Positions 52,135 to 59,782 of a DNA stretch of 64,000 nt are shown piece by piece. The number at the start of each line of letters is the position of its first letter. Position 1 is the first letter of the stretch. This stretch comes from a virus: IMG/VR virus record IMGVR_UViG_3300049255_000405; one strand, written 5' to 3'. The notes beneath the pieces were generated by a model. It ran no database searches, was not told the origin of the DNA, and worked only from the letters and a program-made list of their open reading frames with translations. Made by a program: the position numbers and the translations under genes.

Positions 52135-52571
52135 CAGTTTATTCCTTCGACAGAAAAAGCTCCCTGGAAGAAATAGACTGTAATCGGACTAGGAATCGGA
52201 TTCGCAATGTTCACTTGCACAATGGCGGTGTCTTCCCCCGCAAGATAGCCCAGTTGCTGCAAGGAGACAGTCGTGACGCCCGGAAAAGCGTTTACGGTCA
52301 CACCTGCAACGGGCAGGACCACACCGTCCGTCTGAAATGAGAACACCAGTTCGACGGGCGTCGGCGAGTAGAAACTAATGCTCGCAGTGAGCGAATATTC
52401 GATCGTGGGACCGATTTGGAGACCGTTCCCATTCCGGTTTATCCCGTTGAACGAGCCGGAATTTCGCCACGGCACGATCTGAACCGCCGGAAGCGATACC
52501 CACGCGAGAGCTGCTCCCGGGTCGGTCATCGACCAGTCGCTGTACAACTCACCGAAAGTTCCGGGGTCCAC
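52134..52571 (-). CDS. Small beta-rich protein, paralog 3
   Basis: As above; GELYSDWSM...YFFQGAFSV. Confidence 0.5.
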   Translation of the reverse strand: MDPGTFGELYSDWSMTDPGAALAWVSLPAVQIVPWRNSGSFNGINRNGNGLQIGPTIEYSLTASISFYSPTPVELVFSFQTDGVVLPVAGVTVNAFPGVTTVSLQQLGYLAGEDTAIVQVNIANPIPSPITVYFFQGAFSVEGIN

Positions 52572-52600
52572 GCCCGGATGAGCGATAGGAGCGCTAGAGA

Positions 52601-54166
52601 CTAGAAGCCGGTGATCTGATACTGCAGCGTCTCGGACCCGACCGTGTGCGAGTACACGTTAATGTAGCTCTGGAACGGTGAATTCTGGAACGCAGCCGCC
52701 CAAAGAGTTCCGGCAGCAGTCGATGATTTGACGGCGTTGATTTGTCCGGTGACGCCGGTGTAAATGGTCGAAACTAGCGTGGCCGAGGAGTTGTATCGAG
52801 CCACCCACTGATAGGTCGACAGTCCCGGCCCATTGATCTGCACGAACATCGTGTTGTCGATGGGATCGTAGTCCAACCGGCCCGTGATGAGAGTCGTCGC
52901 ATACGGGGCTGGCGAAGTAGGCAGTGTGATGTATGGAGACCCGTCGGCAAAGATCTGAGCGGTTGATCCTCCGAAAGTCTGGTACGGGGAATTCGGATTT
53001 CCGCCAATAGACCACATGACGTGGCCAAAAATGTAGTCCACCCAATAAGTAGTCGGGTACGTGTTGGCGCTGTTGTATTGAGTGGACGAAACCGTGGCTA
53101 GGGTTGAGGCATTCACCTCGAATAGCACTTCATAGTCACCAAAGAAGAAGCTGATGTTGTCAGCTGTGCCTCCCCAAAGGTGACCAGTGCTGGAGTTGTA
53201 CCCCATATGGCGGAGGTTCCAGTTGAACCCCGTGTACGTGTCGGTATTGGCTGCAACTGGAGTGACTGCAGTCGGAAACGCCGTGATAGCAGCTGCCGTA
53301 TTGAACTGCAGGATGTTCGCGCCGGAAGTGGGGTGGATGTTTATGTCGCTGACGCAAGTATAGAGAGAGCCACCCGTGGCGACTGCTGAGTCCGGAAAAA
53401 TGACAGCATATTGAACGCCACCATAGAGTGGATTCATGTACCCAACGACATTGAGCGTCGACTTGTCGATGACTAGGATGTACACGGTGCTACCCTGGCC
53501 AGATGGTAGCGCATACACATAGTTCGCATCGGCTGCGAAGGCTGCCGCTCCGCGATTCGAACCAGTCCAACCGGCGGATACGGGCACGTTGATCACCGCA
53601 TGGGTGGCGCCCGTCGTCCCATCCAAAACTGGAATGACGGCAGTCGTTTGCTCGACATCAGCGACGTACATCAAGTTGTTGACTGAGTCGTAGTACAAGT
53701 CCTGGATGAATTTGAACGGCGTAAGTGGGAATGGCGTCGGTTGAACAGCCTTTGTGATGAAAACGTCTGCGGTGACGTTCACGACAGCCTGAGTGCTGCC
53801 GGTGTTGAACACCATCTGCAGGCGGTCAGGACTGGATGCTGCAGTCACTGTGAAGGTCCAGGAGGACGCGGAAGAACTTCCGAACTGATCAACAGTATCC
53901 GAGGCACTAACTACCGTGACGCCGGCGATTCGACTTACCGCGAACCTCTGGACGAAGGACTGAGAGGCTGTCGAAGTGAGGATGTAACCGTTTGCGCTCA
54001 CGCGGATTTCAATGGTTCCGCTGTAGCCACTCGGCAGGACAAAGTACGTGTTGATCGGCCCGACAGCACCAGAGGGACCGGCGTTGACCAGTGCAATAGA
54101 CTCTCCGACCGCGTTGCCGGGTGTGGACCCGGTGAGAGTGACGTCGGGGAGAGGCTGGAAAGTCAT
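52601..54166 (-). CDS. Tail fibre / receptor-binding protein paralog 1: shared N-terminal anchor domain, beta-propeller (YVTN-like) C-terminus
   Basis: MTFQPLPDVTLTGSTPG N-terminus shared with the next two ORFs; repeats of the form NYVYALPSGQGSTVYILVID. Confidence 0.7.
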   Translation of the reverse strand: MTFQPLPDVTLTGSTPGNAVGESIALVNAGPSGAVGPINTYFVLPSGYSGTIEIRVSANGYILTSTASQSFVQRFAVSRIAGVTVVSASDTVDQFGSSSASSWTFTVTAASSPDRLQMVFNTGSTQAVVNVTADVFITKAVQPTPFPLTPFKFIQDLYYDSVNNLMYVADVEQTTAVIPVLDGTTGATHAVINVPVSAGWTGSNRGAAAFAADANYVYALPSGQGSTVYILVIDKSTLNVVGYMNPLYGGVQYAVIFPDSAVATGGSLYTCVSDINIHPTSGANILQFNTAAAITAFPTAVTPVAANTDTYTGFNWNLRHMGYNSSTGHLWGGTADNISFFFGDYEVLFEVNASTLATVSSTQYNSANTYPTTYWVDYIFGHVMWSIGGNPNSPYQTFGGSTAQIFADGSPYITLPTSPAPYATTLITGRLDYDPIDNTMFVQINGPGLSTYQWVARYNSSATLVSTIYTGVTGQINAVKSSTAAGTLWAAAFQNSPFQSYINVYSHTVGSETLQYQITGF

Positions 54167-54168
54167 GG

Positions 54169-55626
54169 TCAGTATTGGGTGATGGTTGCCAGGAAGGATT
54201 CTGTCCCTATGCCTGTTGAATAGATATCGATGTGTCCTTTGGCGGGCGAAAAGTCGTACTGCCCGACCCAGAGCCCCAGGGGCTCAGCCGCAGCGACGTA
54301 AGCGCGGCCGTTCACGCCTGCATTACCGAAGATGGAGGCTTGCGTGTTGGAGCTTGCAGCAATGCGCCAGATGTTCTGAGCACCGTAGCTGTTACCATTG
54401 AGCATGGCTGCAAGCACGGTGTCATGGTATGGGTCGTACGAGATCGCCGTTGGTGCGGGAAGACCGGAGGCAGGTGCAGGAGCACTCGCGCTCAAGAAGA
54501 TGAAAGTTGATAGGTCACGAAGCACCGAGCCTGGCGTGCTGTCGAAGTTGTAGTTCGGAGCGTTGAAATTACCGTGACCGATGCAGAACCAAACCGACGA
54601 GTCCGCGAAACAGCCGTGGTAGGTGAACACGCCTTCGGTTGTCGGATTGGTGTCGATCGAGTACGTGGTGACGGAGCTTTCAGACAGAGCACTTGTGAGC
54701 TGCACCAAAACAGCCTGTGACGACGAGACGTAACATCCTGCCCACAGAAGGCTGTCGTTCGGGTCCCAAACAATCCCGCGGAAATCGCGGCTCACAGTCG
54801 TATTGGCATCCGGCGACGCGGGTGTCGGGTATGACGAGATGACCGACGAGATGGTAAACCGGTAGATGATGTTCCCGGACAACGAGATCGCGTACAAGTG
54901 CGTTCCGTCCGAAGCCAGGTCGTAACCACCGAACCCCGTGGAAAGGTTGGCGATGCCGATGATGGAGCAGTGCACAGGGTCGATGATGAGAATGTGCTTC
55001 TGGAACCAATTGCTAGCGTAGATGTACGTGCCGTCACCAATGATCCGTGTGGCACCGGTCGTCCAGCTGGCACTGGTGGCGTTGACAACCGCTTTCGGGC
55101 TGCGAGTCGCGGCCTGGAAAACCGGGATATCTGGATTCGAGAGATTCGGGTCTCCAATCCACATATTGTCGTTGGTGGAATCGTAGAACAGATCCCAAAC
55201 CTGAACGAACGAGCGGACCGGCGGAGCAGTCCCAGGCTTGATGGACCTCGTGACCTGTATGTCGGCTCGCACGGATGTGTAAGCCTGGGTACTGCCGGTC
55301 GTGAATGTGAGGGCGAATCTGTCCGGACTCGAGCCCACTGAAGCGGTCACCGTCCACGACGAGGCACCTGCATCGCCAAGCTGATCCAGCGTATTGGACG
55401 CGACGATTGTCGTCACACCTGAATCTCGGCGGACACAAAACCTACGAATGAAAGACTGGGAAACAAACGCTCCCGAGATGATGCCGCTGGCAGCTACCCG
55501 AACTTGGAGTGTGAAGCTCTCGTTGTCGGTTAGGGTGAAGTGAGGCAGCAACTCCACAGACTCGCCCGTCGCGAATCCAGGTGTGGACCCGGTGAGAGTG
55601 ATGTCGGGAAGCGGTAGAAAGCTCAT
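54169..55626 (-). CDS. Tail fibre / receptor-binding protein paralog 2: shared N-terminal domain, different beta-propeller C-terminus
   Basis: MSFLPLPDITLTGSTPG...SSWTVTASVGSSPDRFALTFTTGSTQ; THLYAISLSGNIIYRF repeats. Confidence 0.7.
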   Translation of the reverse strand: MSFLPLPDITLTGSTPGFATGESVELLPHFTLTDNESFTLQVRVAASGIISGAFVSQSFIRRFCVRRDSGVTTIVASNTLDQLGDAGASSWTVTASVGSSPDRFALTFTTGSTQAYTSVRADIQVTRSIKPGTAPPVRSFVQVWDLFYDSTNDNMWIGDPNLSNPDIPVFQAATRSPKAVVNATSASWTTGATRIIGDGTYIYASNWFQKHILIIDPVHCSIIGIANLSTGFGGYDLASDGTHLYAISLSGNIIYRFTISSVISSYPTPASPDANTTVSRDFRGIVWDPNDSLLWAGCYVSSSQAVLVQLTSALSESSVTTYSIDTNPTTEGVFTYHGCFADSSVWFCIGHGNFNAPNYNFDSTPGSVLRDLSTFIFLSASAPAPASGLPAPTAISYDPYHDTVLAAMLNGNSYGAQNIWRIAASSNTQASIFGNAGVNGRAYVAAAEPLGLWVGQYDFSPAKGHIDIYSTGIGTESFLATITQY

Positions 55627-55628
55627 GA

Positions 55629-56681
55629 TTAGAACAACGCAATCTTGTAACGGGCGCTCGCGTAATTCATGTATTGCGCGATTTCAGCTGCATTGATGAC
55701 ACGAGGCCACAGGATTTGCTCGGCGACATAAGACTGGTTGCTGCCAAGATTTTGATCGAGACTTGATGTGATGGTGGTTGGGGTCGTACCACTCCCCGTC
55801 GCTCGAACAGCTGTCCCGTTCACGTAGAGACTGACCGCACCACCCGAGGTGAATGTGCCAATGATGATACCCGGCACAGCTCCGAGGGTCACTCCAGTAT
55901 ACTCGACGACGCTACCTTCGTAGATGTATGGGTAGCAAGGAGACGACGAAACGCCTGTGCTTGGACCTGTGGTCTGCCAGACGAAGGTCCCTCCCGCCAG
56001 TCCGCCCCTATAAACCGAGGCAATCGTCCAGCCAACGGCTGAATTCAGGGAGAGCGCACCTGAGAACAGCTCTCCGAGAACGGCGGCCGGGGATCCGATT
56101 GAAGCTTGATGGTTGAATGTTGAATCGGACGCGTTCCATAGCGGCTGTTGCGAAGGCGTCGACTGTGACAGGTCTGTGTGGAAACTGGTCTGATCGGCCC
56201 AAAACGACACGTTGCCGGCGTTCAGAGTCACACCAAGATCGGCTCTGTGAGCTTCGATGGGGCCGACCGGGATCGAGAGCAGGAAGTTGTTCGGTTCGAC
56301 GGTGACCCGAATGTCGGCCGTGACGTTGACGATGGACCTCGTGCTTCCAGTCGTAAACGTGAGTTTGAATCTGTCAGGGCTCGTCCCAACAGTCGCAGCC
56401 AACGTCCATGAGGAACCACCGGAATCTCCGAAAGCATCCTGGGAATCGCTGGCGACAATAGTAATCACCCCCAAGCTGCGTCTCACGGAGAACCTCTGCA
56501 CGAAGGATCGGATCGTCCTCGTGGCAGGATAGACATAGCCTGCAGCCACCACGCGCACTTCGAACGTCAAGCTATGATTGTCAGCGGGCGTGAAGTGCGG
56601 CAAAAGTTCGACAGATTCGCCCGTGACAGAACCCGGAGTGCTGCCCTTGAGAGAAATGTCGGGTAGCGGCAGGTAGCTCAT
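55629..56681 (-). CDS. Tail fibre / receptor-binding protein paralog 3: shared N-terminal domain, LamG/ConA-like lectin C-terminus
   Basis: MSYLPLPDISLKGSTPG; C-terminal SLYVNGTAVRATG...QILWPRVINAAEIAQY (LamG-like); ATGA overlap with the upstream gene. Confidence 0.7.
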   Translation of the reverse strand: MSYLPLPDISLKGSTPGSVTGESVELLPHFTPADNHSLTFEVRVVAAGYVYPATRTIRSFVQRFSVRRSLGVITIVASDSQDAFGDSGGSSWTLAATVGTSPDRFKLTFTTGSTRSIVNVTADIRVTVEPNNFLLSIPVGPIEAHRADLGVTLNAGNVSFWADQTSFHTDLSQSTPSQQPLWNASDSTFNHQASIGSPAAVLGELFSGALSLNSAVGWTIASVYRGGLAGGTFVWQTTGPSTGVSSSPCYPYIYEGSVVEYTGVTLGAVPGIIIGTFTSGGAVSLYVNGTAVRATGSGTTPTTITSSLDQNLGSNQSYVAEQILWPRVINAAEIAQYMNYASARYKIALF

Positions 56682-57619
56682 CAGACGATCTTGTAGTGAC
56701 TGCCCGTCCATTGCCAGTCGATAGACTGGCTGTTCACGGAGATTTGGACTGACGTCGCGAAATTCCCTTGATTGTTCGGATCCTCGATGGGACGGCTGGC
56801 TTGACTCTGGACCGTGATCGGATAGGTCGCAGCGAATCCTGTGTCATCAGTCACTCGGAAGAGCTGCTGGGTTGTGGGCAGGGTGAGGTCCGGAGCGTTG
56901 ACTGTCGTGGTAGCCACGCTCGTGTCTACGATGGCCTGCAAGTGAGAGGAGTCGAGAGTGCCGGTCGATGGGTTGGCGTTCCCAACATTGATGAAGCCGA
57001 CCGGAACACCGATAACAGTTCCTCCTCCACCAGAGGCATTGGAAGAGATGACCTTCCACTGGTCATAAGATTCCACGAACTCCCACGTAACGACTTGCGA
57101 ATTCGTGTGGATGGTAACGCTGGACGAATAGGTTCCAGGACTGTTCGGGTCCTCGATCTGGAATCCGTTGCCGTAGACCGTGATGTTGTTGGTTGCAGCG
57201 TTATTGTTTGCGTCAGCAACCGTGCAAACCCAGTCGATGGTCCCGTAAGTCGTCGCATCTATCAGGTTGACTGTCACCGGTCCTGACAGAGTGTCCACCA
57301 TCGCTGTCAGCGACGTTGGCGTCAGCGTGATGGTGCTGGAGCTGAGAGTCTGACCTGCTTGACGGCCTCCATTCGAGAATCCGAGAGGCCGGTTCATATA
57401 GCGAATGCTATTGAAATTCCTGTCTTCCCATGCGCCAGTGTAGAGGGCAATGGTGTTGATACCGAGGCCCGACTGGTAAATCGGGACAACGACAGTTCCG
57501 GAACTGTCAACTGCTATTCCTCGAGGAGATGCACCCAATCCCGGAGACTGTGTAGTAAACAGAATCTCCCCCGTCTCGGGATGTATGCGATAGACTGTCG
57601 AGGGGCTTGCGGCAGGCAT
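56681..57619 (-). CDS. Fibre-associated beta-rich protein with an internal duplication
   Basis: Two ~45 aa repeats (...IEDPNSPGTYSSSVTIHTNSQVVTWEF.. / ..IEDPNNQGNFATSVQISVNSQSIDWQW..). Confidence 0.55.
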   Translation of the reverse strand: MPAASPSTVYRIHPETGEILFTTQSPGLGASPRGIAVDSSGTVVVPIYQSGLGINTIALYTGAWEDRNFNSIRYMNRPLGFSNGGRQAGQTLSSSTITLTPTSLTAMVDTLSGPVTVNLIDATTYGTIDWVCTVADANNNAATNNITVYGNGFQIEDPNSPGTYSSSVTIHTNSQVVTWEFVESYDQWKVISSNASGGGGTVIGVPVGFINVGNANPSTGTLDSSHLQAIVDTSVATTTVNAPDLTLPTTQQLFRVTDDTGFAATYPITVQSQASRPIEDPNNQGNFATSVQISVNSQSIDWQWTGSHYKIV

Positions 57620-57622
57620 GGT

Positions 57623-59782
57623 TTATGGATTCCCGATAGATGCGTAAATGGAAACCCCGTCCCACACCAATCGACCGCCGAACGGTGCAGGAATCGTCAC
57701 TGACGAGATCTCAGATCCGATCTGAGTCTCCGTACCCACTCCTGTCGTGTAGCGGAATAGACCTCGAGTCGGGAAATCAGCGACGGTAACCCAAATGGCT
57801 GTGGGAGTTATGACCGCGGAACTGTTTCCACCAATAGGTGGAACCCACGTCGACACTTCAAGATTAGTCGATGTGCTAACGCGACTGACGCTCTCGCTCT
57901 CATCACCAACCAGAATAGTGCCGAACGTGGCATCGTAGCTCAAGGCGCTTGATGTGCTTGTAGAAGTGACGATGTTCGTGAATGCACCGCCAGCGGGGAA
58001 CGCGGTCGGATCGACTCGGAAAAGATTCCCCGAGTACCCGCTAAAGACGGAGCCCGTGGACGCCCAGATAGACCCGGCCGCCGCAAGAACGAACTGGATG
58101 CACGGGTAGGCACTTCCTGTTCCCGGGAAATCGAAGTGAGAAATTTCGACCAGAGTGCTCGTGTTTAGCTTCACGAGTGACTCGGTGACTCCAGTTTCGT
58201 TTTGAGTACCTGCGAAAACGGTCCCCGTCACTGGGTCATAGGCACAAGCGTGGTATCCACGCTGTACGGGCGAAGTGACCGATGGTCCGATAGCCGACGG
58301 ATATGAGGACAACGCCGTGGCAATGGAATACTTCTGGATGTTGCTGCTTGTGAGGCTCGAGTAGTTACTCGCAACGATGTAGATGTTGCCAGCCCCGTCG
58401 AGGGTTTGGTCCTGCACGGTAAGACCGGCACCGGCATCCAGCATCCCAACGATAGCACCTGTCGTCTTGTTGACGATGATCAGGTACCTATCGAATCCGA
58501 ACCCGTTAGAGATGTAGACGTAGTTGGAGTCACCGATGACTCGACTGGCGCCGTTTCCAATGGCAGTAAGATCAACCGCTAGGTCTCCAGCTTGAGTAGC
58601 TGCCTTTATCGAGACGGCCGTGCCGAGCTTCTGGTCGGCCACCCACACATTGTCGTTGGGAGCGTCGTAGAACAGATCTCTGGGGCTAGAGAAACTGACT
58701 GTATCGCCAGACGCCGGCAGTGGAATCACTGGACCAGCGTTTCCAGACGTCAGGTCCCACGCGTAGATCGTCGGAATACCAGAATTGCTCGCAAGAATAC
58801 GAGCAAACCGTCCATCCGAGATCATATCCAGGGCCGTCACACCGGTCGCGATTGTACTCACTTGAGTAAGCGAGTAGGTAGAGAAATTGATAGAGAATTT
58901 GACTAGACTTTGGCTAGTGTTATATGCGACCCAAAGGAATCCGGCGTCATCGAGAAACATCGCGTTTGGCGCGTCGCCTGTTGTAAACGCATCGTGAATG
59001 GTGCCAACAGAATCCACGATGTAGATGTGCCCGTTGGTCGCGCTGAAAGCGAATTGCGGGGTGGTGCTTAGAACTGGGTCACCACCACCGCCTCCAATGA
59101 AGCACGCACGCACGGGTGCTGACGTCGTCGCAGTGTGGTAACTCTGGACGTAATACATGTTCGGGGGCGTGCCATTGATTGTTCCGCATTCTACGAACAA
59201 CCCGTTGGGAAAAGCCCCGAAAATGTTATCCTGAGGAGACGGGAACACCGTTCCCGTCTGGCCACGAATGCCGATCAAGTCGACCGGCGTGTCCCCATAA
59301 TTGGTCAGCGAGCCACTCATCACTGATTGCGGAACGAACAGGTCGATACCAACGAGAGCACCCGGTGTTTTGGAATATCCAACATAGAAAAACTTGTCAC
59401 CGATGAAACATGTGGCGATTCCAGCCACCTGAGTTAGATAGTCGGTGAGTACGCTGATCCCGAGGTTGGCTGGAAAAATGTAGCCGGGGGATATTGGCGT
59501 ATTGGAAGCGAGCAAATCGTTCCTTCGCAGGAATGGCTGCTTCCTTGTGCGCAGAGTAGTCGCGTTATCCGTGAACCCACCGCCGCCTGTGATGTTGATC
59601 GTAGCCACACCGCTGCCGGCGTCCGCCGCGGTCACACTCCCAGTGAGATTGAGGATGGTATGCGGGTTATTCGGGATGGGAGTGCCAGCCTGCTCGATGC
59701 TGACACCCGGAGTCCCACCACCAGCTCCCGATTCAACGGGAACGACGGGCTCTGGAGTAAGCTGTACGAACGGCCTGGGCAT
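57623..59782 (-). CDS. Tail fibre-like protein with beta-propeller repeats (719 aa)
   Basis: Repeats of the form DSNYVYISNGFGFDRYLIIVNKTTGAIVG and GNIYIVASNYSS; TAATG junction with the upstream gene. Confidence 0.65.
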   Translation of the reverse strand: MPRPFVQLTPEPVVPVESGAGGGTPGVSIEQAGTPIPNNPHTILNLTGSVTAADAGSGVATINITGGGGFTDNATTLRTRKQPFLRRNDLLASNTPISPGYIFPANLGISVLTDYLTQVAGIATCFIGDKFFYVGYSKTPGALVGIDLFVPQSVMSGSLTNYGDTPVDLIGIRGQTGTVFPSPQDNIFGAFPNGLFVECGTINGTPPNMYYVQSYHTATTSAPVRACFIGGGGGDPVLSTTPQFAFSATNGHIYIVDSVGTIHDAFTTGDAPNAMFLDDAGFLWVAYNTSQSLVKFSINFSTYSLTQVSTIATGVTALDMISDGRFARILASNSGIPTIYAWDLTSGNAGPVIPLPASGDTVSFSSPRDLFYDAPNDNVWVADQKLGTAVSIKAATQAGDLAVDLTAIGNGASRVIGDSNYVYISNGFGFDRYLIIVNKTTGAIVGMLDAGAGLTVQDQTLDGAGNIYIVASNYSSLTSSNIQKYSIATALSSYPSAIGPSVTSPVQRGYHACAYDPVTGTVFAGTQNETGVTESLVKLNTSTLVEISHFDFPGTGSAYPCIQFVLAAAGSIWASTGSVFSGYSGNLFRVDPTAFPAGGAFTNIVTSTSTSSALSYDATFGTILVGDESESVSRVSTSTNLEVSTWVPPIGGNSSAVITPTAIWVTVADFPTRGLFRYTTGVGTETQIGSEISSVTIPAPFGGRLVWDGVSIYASIGNP

